This document shows positions 51,212 through 61,688 of a DNA stretch of 64,000 bases, in pieces (positions within the stretch are counted from its first letter, which is position 1; every line of letters begins with the position of its first letter). The stretch lies in NCBI GenBank assembly GCA_963715195.1, contig CAVQRT010000003.1, positions 128,001 to 192,000 of the forward strand, written 5' to 3'. Both the position numbers and the translations under genes were made by a program. Under the pieces are notes generated by a model. The model had not been told where the DNA came from. It saw only the letters and a program-made list of their open reading frames with translations, and ran no database searches. This DNA comes from Thermodesulfovibrionales bacterium. GTDB taxonomy: Bacteria; Nitrospirota; Thermodesulfovibrionia; Thermodesulfovibrionales; SM23-35.

Positions 51212-51318
51212 TCACTTTCCTCCGGAAAATATTATTTCAAAATTCTACCAGACTATTCGAAAAGACTCAAATGCCCATCCTCTGCATTGCTAACTCGTGA
51301 TGGGAAATCGGCCTGCCA

Positions 51319-53304
51319 TTATGTCTTTTCTTTTAAATAATTCAGGGCATTATTCATGCTCTCACGATCTCCTGTAAATAAAAGAAAATCCTCTGTTTTT
51401 AGCCTGAATTCAGGTTCTGGGTTCGTATGCACTGTCTTTCCCCTTCTGACAGCAATGATAGTAACACCCGTTTTTTTCCTGATCTGAAGCTCTTTTATTG
51501 TCTTGTCATTGAGGTGGGAATCTTCAGGAATTCGATATCCGTCTATTTCTATTTCAGGAAGCCACTCATATTTTTCAAAAAGATGCCGCCTCGGCAATTC
51601 AACACCTCTCAGGGCAGTATAGCTGTTACTCCTGACTTTATCGACCATATCGAGGATTGCGTTTCTGGGGAAACTGTATCGGTACAAAACCCTCGAAAAA
51701 ATTTCGATTGATGTCTCAAACTCTTCCGGAATAACCTCGTCAGCTCCGAGCGATTTGAGATCATCAATTTCAATATAATACCGCGTCCTCACGATAATAT
51801 AGAGATCAGGACTTGCCTGTCGTGCAATAGAGACAATCCTCCTCGTTGAAACAGGGTCTGAAATCGCGACAACAAGGAGTCTTGCCTTCTCAACGCTCAT
51901 CTTATGCAGTATCTCCATGCTGGTACCGTCTCCGTAGTAAATCGGCTCTCCCTCTTTCTTCATTTCCCTTACTGTTTCGCTGTTCATTTCCAGCACGAAA
52001 TAAGGGATTTCTGCCTCCCGTAATACCTTTGCCAGGTTTCTTCCGTTCAGACCGAAGCCGACAATGATAACATGGTCGTGCTTTTTTCTCGGACTACCTT
52101 CCCCGGCCAGCACCTTATCTTTTCTGACAAATTTCTTCAGTATCGGCCGCGCAGCTATCCACCCGGATACCGCCGGAGCAGCTTTTACGATGAAGGGAGT
52201 CATGATCATCGTCACGACAGAGGATGAGAGAAATATCTGATAGAATTCGTCGGATATTAATCCTACAGCTTTCCCGGCAATAGCAAGTACAAACGAAAAT
52301 TCTCCAATTTGTGCAAGTCCGAGTCCGGTCATGACAGAGGACCTCAGGGAATTTCCTATAAAAAGAGCAGAAGCCGTTCCTGTAATGATTTTCAGTCCGA
52401 AAATCAACATAACAACCTGTGCGATACCAACGCTATTGGCAACAAGAAACTCGGTATTCATGAGCATTCCAATGGAAACAAAGAATAGTCCCATAAAACT
52501 GTCTTTAAATGGCAATATGTCTGATATTGCCTGATGAGAATACTCCGATTCGGATATAATGAGACCTGCAAGGAACGCTCCAAGCGCAAGGGAAAGACCA
52601 AAACGGGAAGTCAGAAGCGCGATACCGAGACAGAGAAGAATAATGGTGGTCAAAAAGAGTTCCCGGCTTCGCGTCCGGACAACCTGATGCAGGAGGGCAG
52701 GGACGATCCATCTGGAGCTGAGTAATACAATGATAATAATGAGTGCCGCCTTACCCATTTTCATTGCAACGTCAAGGGCATCAATTACATCTCCTGAGAG
52801 GACCGGGATGAGAAGCATCAGAGGTACGATACAGAGGTCCTGGAATATGAGTATGCCCACCATCGTGTGGCCATGGGGTGAGTCTATTTCTCCCCGCTCG
52901 GTAAGTAATTTGAGGACTATCGCCGTAGAACTCAGGGCATAGAGAAATCCAAAGAAGATCGATGTATTAACGTCCCGTATAGCAATGTAAGTCATGGCAG
53001 CAGATGCAGCTATGGTTAAGATGACCTGCGCTCCACCTCCGCCTAAAACAGCTTTTTTGATTTTAACGAGTTTGGTCAGGGAAAACTCGATACCGATTGT
53101 GAAAAGGAGCAGTATGACGCCGATCTCAGCGAGAATCTGTATAAAGTGGACATCTTTTATGAGACCAATCCCGTTCGGACCGATGATGATGCCGGCAACG
53201 ATAAACCCTATGAGCGAAGGTATTTTCAGCTTATACAGCAACAGGATGACTGCTGCTGATGCGATGAAAATCATTTCGAGTGATTGTAAAATTTCGTATT
53301 GCAT
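51319..53304 (-). CDS. CPA2 (Kef-type) cation/H+ antiporter with RCK N and C domains
   Basis: LAEIGV.LLLF.IG.EFS, SSTAIV, FQD, GEFSF, GFGLNG, YGDG, NPEP. Confidence 0.92.
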   Translation of the reverse strand: MQYEILQSLEMIFIASAAVILLLYKLKIPSLIGFIVAGIIIGPNGIGLIKDVHFIQILAEIGVILLLFTIGIEFSLTKLVKIKKAVLGGGGAQVILTIAASAAMTYIAIRDVNTSIFFGFLYALSSTAIVLKLLTERGEIDSPHGHTMVGILIFQDLCIVPLMLLIPVLSGDVIDALDVAMKMGKAALIIIIVLLSSRWIVPALLHQVVRTRSRELFLTTIILLCLGIALLTSRFGLSLALGAFLAGLIISESEYSHQAISDILPFKDSFMGLFFVSIGMLMNTEFLVANSVGIAQVVMLIFGLKIITGTASALFIGNSLRSSVMTGLGLAQIGEFSFVLAIAGKAVGLISDEFYQIFLSSSVVTMIMTPFIVKAAPAVSGWIAARPILKKFVRKDKVLAGEGSPRKKHDHVIIVGFGLNGRNLAKVLREAEIPYFVLEMNSETVREMKKEGEPIYYGDGTSMEILHKMSVEKARLLVVAISDPVSTRRIVSIARQASPDLYIIVRTRYYIEIDDLKSLGADEVIPEEFETSIEIFSRVLYRYSFPRNAILDMVDKVRSNSYTALRGVELPRRHLFEKYEWLPEIEIDGYRIPEDSHLNDKTIKELQIRKKTGVTIIAVRRGKTVHTNPEPEFRLKTEDFLLFTGDRESMNNALNYLKEKT

Positions 53305-53755
53305 GACTCTTACAATAAGAAAGCAGTATGATTCACATCTCTGCACTTATAGCTGTTCTCACGAGTACTGATAAGGAATGCCCGGAAGAGAGAAAACTTC
53401 AGAATTTCAGGATGGCAACAAAAGCTACCTAAATAACCTGCAGAAAGGGTAATCATCAATTCGTCCTGACTTGCATGGAAAATCCACCTGAATACTCATA
53501 ATACACAATCATCCTGATTTATTCATGAAATTTATATCTGCGGGCATTCAACAAATATCCGGAATAGCATTCATGGGTTTGACTTACTCATAAGATCATA
53601 AGTATGAAAACAATAATTATAAAGTCCCTCCTAACCTCCCTTTGCCAAAGGGAGGTTTTATACCCCTCTCTGGTAAAATGGAGTATCTCCTGATGTTTCA
53701 GTATTTTCCAGCTTTGTTATGATAAATGTATGTATGAATTGAATATGAAAATACG

Positions 53756-55570
53756 ATGATGCAACTTATACCATTGAGGGTATGCAGGTTCATGAAAAGC
53801 TCATCCAGCACTATCTCAATTTTTCTCAGGGCAACTTTATTTTGTCTCATATTGTTTGTTGTCGCATTACCTTCCCTTGCAACGGGACAGGTTGAAATAG
53901 TGATAGAAGGTGTAGAGGGAGATGCACTCAAAAACATACAGGCAGCACTCACCCTGCCGGAAAGTATAGTGCAAGACGGTAAGGTGAACCTGCCGTGGCT
54001 TGAGTATTTTAAGCTCCAGGCTGAAGAAAGAATCAGGACCGCTCTCGAACCCTATGGTTACTATAGCCCTGAGATCGATATGATTCTGGAGATCGTTGAT
54101 CAGGAACAGTACCGCCTTTCCATTAAGGTATTCCTGGGGCCCGCGATACGTATCTCACAGGTAAATGTGTCGCTGAAGGGGGATGGATCTGACGAAGCCC
54201 CCTTAAAGGACCTTATAGCTCAATTTCCTCTGAAAAAAGGTGGCATTCTTCTCCAGGGAGAGTATGAAAAAGCAAAAGGTTTGTTGAAGGCCGAGGCTCT
54301 GGAGTCCGGCTATCTTAATGCAGAATTCTCAACCCATGAAATTTTAGTGAACCGAAAAGAGGCTTCGGCGCAAATAGATTTAGTTCTGGAGACAGGCGCT
54401 CAATACCGGTTCGGAGAAACGTTAATCGAAGGAGCATCCCAATACCCGGACGCATTCTTAAAGAGACACCTCGCCTACAAGTCAGGAGAGGTCTTTTCTT
54501 CCGTCAAATTGAGACAGACCCAGCTTAACATCCTTAATTCGGAGCGTTTTCAAGAAGTCACGGCTACACCCGAAAAAGAAAAAACGATAAATTTGCAGGT
54601 GCCTGTTGTGATAAAAACAAAACCTGCCCCCAGCAAAAGGTTGCGGACAGGGATCGGATACGGAACAGATACCGGCGCACGATTTTTTATCAAATATTCT
54701 GATTTAAATAGTCTGAAACGGGGCTATGAGCTGAAACCAGAACTGAACATTTCGGAACGCCTGCAGGGCGTGGGAGTCACATATCGTATCCCCAGCTATC
54801 AACACTTAAACAGCTTTACCGAATTCAAAGCGAATGCCCAGCGCGAGGATACAGATACCTATGAAACACGCATACTATCTCTGGAAGCAAGTCATACGAA
54901 GAGTTTGGGGAAGGGTCTGCTGGGAACTGCCTATCTCAGACTGCACCATGAGGACTCTACGGTAGCCTCTGAAAAGACCAGGTCATTTCTTGTCCTGCCC
55001 GGCATTCGCCTAACCGCAAATCGTCTTGATAACCTGATCCGGCCAACCAGCGGATACCTCTATTCTGCAGAAGTTCGTGGCACACATGAATATCTTGGAT
55101 CTGACACCGGACTCCTCCAGGTGATCATGCAAGCAAGTAACATGGTTTCTCTTCCTCTCCGTTGCTCGTTATTCACCAGGATAAAGGGTGCCTTTACCGC
55201 CCAGGATGAATCGCTGAGCGAAATTCCCGCATCACTCCGTTTCTTTGCCGGCGGTGACAGAAGTGTTCGCGGGTATAAGTATCAATCACTTGGGCCAAAA
55301 GATGAAAAAGGAGAAGTGATTGGCGGGAAACATCTGATCGTGGGCAGTATAGAACTTGAGCGGGCACTCTTCACGGACTGGGGGATAGCTGCATTCTACG
55401 ACGCAGGGAATGCATTTAATGCCCTTTCAGATATTCAATTATTTCAAGGTGCCGGGATTGGAGTGCGTTACTATACGAAAGTCGGGGCGATAAGACTTGA
55501 TATCGCCCGTCAGATCGATATGGATAATCCAAAAACGAGAATACATTTTAGCGTGGGGATCGAACTGTGA
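53756..55570 (+). CDS. tamA: Omp85-family TamA
   Basis: POTRA ALEPYGYY, GYGTDTG, FFAGGDRSVRGY; the true start may be slightly downstream. Confidence 0.9.
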   Translation: MMQLIPLRVCRFMKSSSSTISIFLRATLFCLILFVVALPSLATGQVEIVIEGVEGDALKNIQAALTLPESIVQDGKVNLPWLEYFKLQAEERIRTALEPYGYYSPEIDMILEIVDQEQYRLSIKVFLGPAIRISQVNVSLKGDGSDEAPLKDLIAQFPLKKGGILLQGEYEKAKGLLKAEALESGYLNAEFSTHEILVNRKEASAQIDLVLETGAQYRFGETLIEGASQYPDAFLKRHLAYKSGEVFSSVKLRQTQLNILNSERFQEVTATPEKEKTINLQVPVVIKTKPAPSKRLRTGIGYGTDTGARFFIKYSDLNSLKRGYELKPELNISERLQGVGVTYRIPSYQHLNSFTEFKANAQREDTDTYETRILSLEASHTKSLGKGLLGTAYLRLHHEDSTVASEKTRSFLVLPGIRLTANRLDNLIRPTSGYLYSAEVRGTHEYLGSDTGLLQVIMQASNMVSLPLRCSLFTRIKGAFTAQDESLSEIPASLRFFAGGDRSVRGYKYQSLGPKDEKGEVIGGKHLIVGSIELERALFTDWGIAAFYDAGNAFNALSDIQLFQGAGIGVRYYTKVGAIRLDIARQIDMDNPKTRIHFSVGIEL

Positions 55571-58500
55571 ACAGGAAAGCTCTATATGCAATTTCCCTCA
55601 TAGTGATTATTGTTTTCTTCGCGGTTATAGGAATGTCATCATGGCTGCTCGGAACGAGTCAAGGTGCTTCATGGCTGATCAGGATTATATCGAACCGGGC
55701 TGGCGTGAAGACCGAATTTCGCAAGATAGAAGGGAGACTTTGGGATTCCATCACCCTGGAAGGGATCCAAGTGCGTTGGGATAATGGTAATGCGAAAGTT
55801 GAAAATCTCTTTCTCGAATGGCATCCTCTCATGATATTAACCGGTGCCGTCGGGATAAACAAACTGATTGTGAGCAAGGCGGTACTTCAGGATAACCGTC
55901 CGGATGAAAAGAAACCGCTGAATCTTAGCTGGCCTAAAATAAGCGGGCTCCCGGGAAGGGTAGATGCCTGGATAGATGAACTGGAGATAAGGGAATTTGA
56001 TTATTACAGGCTGGAGGAGACTCATATCAGGGTTGACAGCTTATCTTCTCTTGTCCAGTGGCACGAAGCGACGATAGGTGTGCAGAACCTTGTTTTTGCT
56101 ACACCTGCTATTCATATAAGCGGAAACCTTGAAGCAGGATTTCTATACCCTTCCCTGAAAGCAGATCTTGTTGGGTCTCTTGAGGAGCCGTTTCAGGATA
56201 TCGAACGATTTTCCCTGAAGGCCAAGCTTCTCCCTAGGCATGGGGATGAGCAGTTGCATGGCCTCATAACTGTTAACGGCATGACTGGGGATAAACAGAT
56301 CGCAGCTCTTGCAAGCAAGATCGGGGTAACAAAGACAGCCCTGACTATCACTGATCTTGATTTACGACAGGCAGACAGGCAGGGGATATTAAAAGGAAAA
56401 GGTGAAATCGACTTCAGCAACCCCGAACCAGCGATAGACTTTTCATTCGACATCGAACATCTCGATCTGACGCCGGAAATAAAGACCTCTACCGATATTT
56501 CAGGTACCCTTCTCCTGAAAGGGAAGATTGAAGACTACAGCGGCAATTTTGCTTTAACCAACAGGGGAAACACAGAGTATGAGGCTGCCCTGGCAGGTTC
56601 TTTCCTTGGTGATAAGGAGACGATACAACTAGAGATCACTGAAGGGTCTTTGTTGGGCGGAACGCTCAAGGGCTCCATACAGAGTTCATGGAGTGCAGGC
56701 ATATCCTTTCAGAGCGATTTACAAGCGAGAAACCTGAATCCTGCAATAGTAAGTACAGATTGGAACGGGATGGTAAATCTGAACCTCTCAATGAAAATAG
56801 ACATACCAGATGAAGGCAATCTCCGGGCAGAACTAAGCGGCAAGATTCTTGAGAGCCATCTTCGTGGCAGGGAGTTAACCGGAGAAATCCATGCGAGTAT
56901 ATATGAAGATACAATATTCATAAAGAATTTATTCCTGAAAGGAAACGGATTTGATATTTATGCACAGGGTGACACCGGGAAGCGTCTTGTATTTCATGCA
57001 GACATCACAGATCTATCAGGTCTGGTCCCTGAAGCTGAAGGATATTTCTCTGCAAAGGGATGGCTGAGCAGGAAAAGGAAGCTCCTTTCAGGATCGGTCA
57101 ATGCACTCGGAAATAATATCGTCATTGGTCGGATGCATATTCAAGGGATTACAATCAATGGGCATCTGTCTGAAAATACGGGATCGCCTATACATATCAA
57201 GGCAGACATCACAGGGTTAGACTATGAAAAGATCCGGTTTCGCAAAGCAGTACTTAAGCTTCAGGGAAGGCCCGAGTCTCATAACATGGGAATCAGTGTT
57301 GATTTTCCGGGTTCAGCGTTCCGAGCAGATTTTACAGGTGCTTATCATCAGGGAGCATGGAACGGAAAGATTCTCCGCCTTTCATACAAAGATCCTGCGG
57401 GTATTATGGATTTAGCTTTGTCTGCAGACCTCTCCCTTTCAAAGGATAGATTGTCTCTTTCACCATTAATTATAAAGGGACCTCACGGCGAATCAATTTC
57501 ATTAGAAGGCAAGATGACAATGCATCCAAGGACCGGTTTCGTGAAGTCACAATGGCATCAGTTAAATCTCAGTCGCGCAAACGGGTGGCTTGAGAATGCC
57601 GAGCTGAAAGGACATACTGCGGGTGATCTGCATATAACATGGGAAAGAGGGAAGGTGACTAACATCGAAATGCAGAATACTGCGTCTGGTGCCTTCAAAG
57701 CGCGAGGGAAGACCATGGATATAGAAGATTCGAAATTTCTTCTCAGATGGGACAACCACGGACTAACTGCCTCTGTTCATGCACGGTTTTCGAAGGGAGG
57801 CGATATGAAAGGCTCTATTACGTCTTCTTCGCATCCGGATTTCAGTGTCCCTCAAGAGGGAGAGCTTGATGCAAGCTGGGATGAATTCAGTTTAGTCATG
57901 TTAGATCCGTTCCTTCCCGAGCATACCGATATAACGGGAATAACCTCAGGAACTTTGACGTCGAGATGGGCAAAGAGAGATTTATTATTCCTGTCAGGGA
58001 CAGCAAATGCCCGCGGGACAATCGCATCGGATGGATATCAAATCAATGTGAAAGAGACGTCGCTCAAACTGGATATGAGCGGAAAGAAGATTATCATACA
58101 GCTAAATCTGGAATTAACCAATGGGGGTTCTTTAAACGGACGGTTTGTTTTTCCCACGCCCTTGCAGTTCGCAGTACCTGAACAGGGCACCGTGGATGCA
58201 CAACTGGACGGTATCAATTTATCAATGCTTCAGTCATGGCTGCCCGAAGGACTCGAAGTGAGGGGTATTCTTGCCGGGCAGATGAAGGGAAACCTAATGA
58301 CAGGAGGGAATGTCGACGTTTCGGGCAGCGTTTCAATATCACAGGGAAGCGTCGTGCATGGCAAAGAAGACAGAAAACTCTCCGCCGACATACGAAACGC
58401 AGGAGTCACATGGACTTGGAGCGGAAATGTTTTACAGGGAAATGTCAGTTTAACACTTTCTCAATATGGAAACGTTACAGGACATTTCGAGTTACCTGTT

Positions 58501-59805
58501 CCTGCCAGGATGCCGCCTGAGTTCAAGAAGAAAGAAACACTGCATTTTTCAATTGATGCAGATGTTCAGGAGAAGGGGTTGCTGACATCACTTTTCCCGG
58601 GACTCGTTCAGGAAAGCCACGGTTCCTTGAGGATTGCCGGTGGGACTGACGGTACATGGGAAAATCCAGAGTTTAGGGGAACTGTGCATCTGAAAGACGC
58701 CGGCGCTTATTTCCCGGCTGCCGGTATCACAGTGAAGGACATTGTCCTTCGGGGATATTTTGGAAAAGATACGATAGTACTCGATATGTTCACCGCAAAG
58801 TCTGGCGACGGCACAATCGATGGCGCTGCAACGATAAAAATGAAGGACTGGAAGGTCTCACATTATAAAGTGAATATAACAGGCAAAGGTTTTCAAACCA
58901 TATATCTCCCGGAGTTGCAGTGTGTAACCAGTCCTGAACTGACATTCGAAGGGTCATCGGAAAAACTTTCTGTAAGAGGAGAAATAAAAATACCCGAACT
59001 TTTTGTTCATGGCACAGAGAAGTCTGCTCAGGTAAAACCGAGTGGCGATGTCGTAATTATCGATGCTATTGAAAAACCAGGGAAAGAATTGCCGTTTACG
59101 CTTGATATCGATGTTCACATAGTGCTTGGCAAAAAAGTTTTTGTCAAGGCAGAGGGCATTGATGCACAACTTGAAGGAGACGTATCTCTGACAGCGAAAA
59201 ACCCCGATGAGATCTATGGGAAAGGCCTGATACAAGTGACTAAGGGAGATTTCAGGAGATATGGGATGAACCTCAATATTCAGCGGGGTCGCCTTATTTT
59301 CAGTGGACTCATTACGCGTCCTGGCCTTGATATTGTCGCTGTCCGAACGATCGGCGATGTGAAAGCGGGCGTCACCGTAAGCGGAACGCCCCAATCCCCG
59401 GAAGTCAAACTCTACTCTGAGCCGTCTATGCCGGATACCGACATCCTTGCATACATAGTCCTCGGGCGTCCACTTGGTGGAAATTCAGGAGAATCATCCG
59501 CATTGCTTCAGGCAGCCGGTTTCCTGCTCTCTCAAGGCGAATCAGTGGTGCTCCAGGAGAGGATGAAACGGACTTTCGGCATTGATGTGCTCGACATTGA
59601 AACCGGTGGCGGAGAATTGAACCGTTCCCTCGTTACGCTCGGCAAGTACCTCACACCGAAACTTTTCATCAGTTACGGACAGTCACTCTTTGGTGAAGGT
59701 AGTCTTTTCCGTATCCGTTACAGTCTCTCCAAGCACTGGGAAATCGAGACTCAGACCGGGGAAGAAATGGGGGGAGACATTTATTACAAAATAGATTTCA
59801 AATGA
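55567..59805 (+). CDS. tamB: TamB
   Basis: N-terminal TM; C-terminal LYSEP.M...DIL.Y..LGR, GKYLTPKL..SYG. Confidence 0.9.
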   Translation: MNRKALYAISLIVIIVFFAVIGMSSWLLGTSQGASWLIRIISNRAGVKTEFRKIEGRLWDSITLEGIQVRWDNGNAKVENLFLEWHPLMILTGAVGINKLIVSKAVLQDNRPDEKKPLNLSWPKISGLPGRVDAWIDELEIREFDYYRLEETHIRVDSLSSLVQWHEATIGVQNLVFATPAIHISGNLEAGFLYPSLKADLVGSLEEPFQDIERFSLKAKLLPRHGDEQLHGLITVNGMTGDKQIAALASKIGVTKTALTITDLDLRQADRQGILKGKGEIDFSNPEPAIDFSFDIEHLDLTPEIKTSTDISGTLLLKGKIEDYSGNFALTNRGNTEYEAALAGSFLGDKETIQLEITEGSLLGGTLKGSIQSSWSAGISFQSDLQARNLNPAIVSTDWNGMVNLNLSMKIDIPDEGNLRAELSGKILESHLRGRELTGEIHASIYEDTIFIKNLFLKGNGFDIYAQGDTGKRLVFHADITDLSGLVPEAEGYFSAKGWLSRKRKLLSGSVNALGNNIVIGRMHIQGITINGHLSENTGSPIHIKADITGLDYEKIRFRKAVLKLQGRPESHNMGISVDFPGSAFRADFTGAYHQGAWNGKILRLSYKDPAGIMDLALSADLSLSKDRLSLSPLIIKGPHGESISLEGKMTMHPRTGFVKSQWHQLNLSRANGWLENAELKGHTAGDLHITWERGKVTNIEMQNTASGAFKARGKTMDIEDSKFLLRWDNHGLTASVHARFSKGGDMKGSITSSSHPDFSVPQEGELDASWDEFSLVMLDPFLPEHTDITGITSGTLTSRWAKRDLLFLSGTANARGTIASDGYQINVKETSLKLDMSGKKIIIQLNLELTNGGSLNGRFVFPTPLQFAVPEQGTVDAQLDGINLSMLQSWLPEGLEVRGILAGQMKGNLMTGGNVDVSGSVSISQGSVVHGKEDRKLSADIRNAGVTWTWSGNVLQGNVSLTLSQYGNVTGHFELPVPARMPPEFKKKETLHFSIDADVQEKGLLTSLFPGLVQESHGSLRIAGGTDGTWENPEFRGTVHLKDAGAYFPAAGITVKDIVLRGYFGKDTIVLDMFTAKSGDGTIDGAATIKMKDWKVSHYKVNITGKGFQTIYLPELQCVTSPELTFEGSSEKLSVRGEIKIPELFVHGTEKSAQVKPSGDVVIIDAIEKPGKELPFTLDIDVHIVLGKKVFVKAEGIDAQLEGDVSLTAKNPDEIYGKGLIQVTKGDFRRYGMNLNIQRGRLIFSGLITRPGLDIVAVRTIGDVKAGVTVSGTPQSPEVKLYSEPSMPDTDILAYIVLGRPLGGNSGESSALLQAAGFLLSQGESVVLQERMKRTFGIDVLDIETGGGELNRSLVTLGKYLTPKLFISYGQSLFGEGSLFRIRYSLSKHWEIETQTGEEMGGDIYYKIDFK

Positions 59806-59847
59806 TTTCTTTCGGATTTATCATGCTTCAGGAATCAAGTGCCATCA

Positions 59848-61035
59848 TTATAGTTTCTCTCTTTCAAGCCACTTATTACCCATTTTTTCTATGCCAATAG
59901 CCCCAATTGGAGCTGTTAATAGTATGGAGAGAACAGCAACTGCGAGCATGATGTCTCCCGATTTTACCCCCGCTTCGAGCGGTACTGCTCCTATCGCAGC
60001 CTGAACAGTCGCTTTTGGGATATATGATATTACGCAGAATACCCGCTCCTTGAAAGTCAGATCCGTACCCATAACGCTCACATATGTTCCGATACTCCTG
60101 CCGATCAGGGCTGCAATAATCAGTGCAGCGCCTGCAAGACCGGCCTCCCAGGCCACCGTAATATTGACCTGTGCCCCGACAAGCACAAAAAGGAGGATCT
60201 CTGCAAAAATCCATATCTTAGTCAGCTTATGAGAGATCTTATGGGCACGTATTTCACACTTTTCAATCAGTATGAATCCGATAGTCATAACACCCAGGAG
60301 TGCGGAAAGGGCTACCCTGGTTTTCAATCCTTCCTCTATCCAGGTCAGGAGAACCGAAACCGCAACGACCACTATCGTCATCTTTGTTGCCCTCAGTCTG
60401 AATTTCTCAAACAGGCGGTAGAGCAGGTATCCTGACAGTGCGCCCAGGAGGATTCCAAGAATAATTGATTCCGGTATTTCGAGGAGTTTCACCCATATGT
60501 CTGGATGTGAACCGGTATACATTCCCAGGAGGATTGAGAATACGACGATAACGAAGACATCATCGACAGACGAAGCACCGAGAATCAAGGTTGGGATTCC
60601 TTTCTTTACTCCCCTCTTCTGGTCGATAAATTTCAGCATGAGGGGCACAACAACAGCGGGGGATACCGCAGCGAGGATAGCGCCAAGGATTGCTGCTTCG
60701 AGATATGTAATGCCAAGCAAATACGGTGCAAGCAGCGTAACGATTGCTCCCTCGAAAACCGCAGGCAGGCAGGACATAATGAGTGCTGTTTTTCCAACCC
60801 TGTTCAGCGTGTCCTTCCTGAGTTCAAGTCCTGCCCGCAAAAGGATTACTATGAGCGCGACCATTCTGAGATCAGCAGATATCTTAAGCAACTCCGGCTG
60901 AATGATGTTGAAAACATATGGACCACAGAGGATTCCGACGAGAAGCATACCGAGCAGACCAGGAAGTTTTATTCGGTTAAATAAATAGTCTGAGAGAAGA
61001 CCGAGCAGTACAATGATTGCAATACTAAACGCCAT
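59848..61035 (-). CDS. Cation:proton antiporter (CPA1/NHA-like)
   Basis: ILLRAGL, AVSPAVVVP, SVDD, PKATVQAA. Confidence 0.9.
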   Translation of the reverse strand: MAFSIAIIVLLGLLSDYLFNRIKLPGLLGMLLVGILCGPYVFNIIQPELLKISADLRMVALIVILLRAGLELRKDTLNRVGKTALIMSCLPAVFEGAIVTLLAPYLLGITYLEAAILGAILAAVSPAVVVPLMLKFIDQKRGVKKGIPTLILGASSVDDVFVIVVFSILLGMYTGSHPDIWVKLLEIPESIILGILLGALSGYLLYRLFEKFRLRATKMTIVVVAVSVLLTWIEEGLKTRVALSALLGVMTIGFILIEKCEIRAHKISHKLTKIWIFAEILLFVLVGAQVNITVAWEAGLAGAALIIAALIGRSIGTYVSVMGTDLTFKERVFCVISYIPKATVQAAIGAVPLEAGVKSGDIMLAVAVLSILLTAPIGAIGIEKMGNKWLEREKL

Positions 61036-61075
61036 TCGCCCTCCAATCCCGCGGGCTCGCCTGATACGTTTTTCA

Positions 61076-61116
61076 ATAAAAAACCCCTACCAAAACTGCA
61101 GAGTTCGGTAGGGGTT
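61076..61116 (-). terminator. Terminator forming the fluoride riboswitch expression platform
   Basis: ACCCCTACC...GGTAGGGGT then a T run; 5' arm overlaps the aptamer pseudoknot strand. Confidence 0.85.
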
Positions 61117-61166
61117 ATTATTCCTTAATATACCTAAGGACGGTTCATGGCGAACCCCATCGCCGG
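61108..61166 (-). ncRNA. Fluoride riboswitch (crcB motif)
   Basis: GGCGATGGGGTTCGCC-ATGAACCG-hairpin-TAATAACCCCTAC matches the crcB consensus. Confidence 0.88.
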
Positions 61167-61174
61167 CAAGAATT

Positions 61175-61204
61175 ACTATACTGATGAATATTCATCGTTG
61201 TCAA
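61175..61204 (-). promoter_or_regulatory. Sigma70 promoter with a perfect 14-bp palindrome in the spacer
   Basis: TTGACA-18-TATAGT; GATGAATATTCATC at 61183-61196. Confidence 0.6.
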
Positions 61205-61361
61205 TATGAAAGCACGGCCATCCAGAGAGCAGTGATTCCGGTTTTCCGCTGATCGATAATTTTTATGTTGAAATCATGGGAGAATGCCCGTATCAGGATT
61301 GCATGCCTTCATGAACCGGCAGCCCGTGTTCCGGTTCTCTTCGGGTTGTGTATAATAGTAC

Positions 61362-61682
61362 ATGAATATATGGGCCTTTCTTCTGGGACTCATTGCAGGT
61401 CTCTTCCCGCTCACACTTATCCTGAAGTTTTTCAGGGGGAAGTTTCTGTTCATTGCAAATCCCTATGTTAAGGGCGCAACATTTGGGTTTCTCCTCTGGG
61501 GCACAATCAATATTCTCATCTTTTTCGAAGTTAGGTACAACATCCTGGGTCTCACAGAAATGGAGGAAGGGTTCGGCACGGTAATTTTATTGACCTCCTC
61601 ATTGCAGGGTTTCATAACATCAGGACTTGCGGCAGCCTTCATTTCGAAGCAGCAGTGGAAAAGAAAGGCCCCAAAGTCATAA
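61362..61682 (+). CDS. Hypothetical 3-TM membrane protein
   Basis: Three hydrophobic segments; TGTGTATAAT directly upstream. Confidence 0.6.
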   Translation: MNIWAFLLGLIAGLFPLTLILKFFRGKFLFIANPYVKGATFGFLLWGTINILIFFEVRYNILGLTEMEEGFGTVILLTSSLQGFITSGLAAAFISKQQWKRKAPKS

Positions 61683-61688
61683 GGAACT

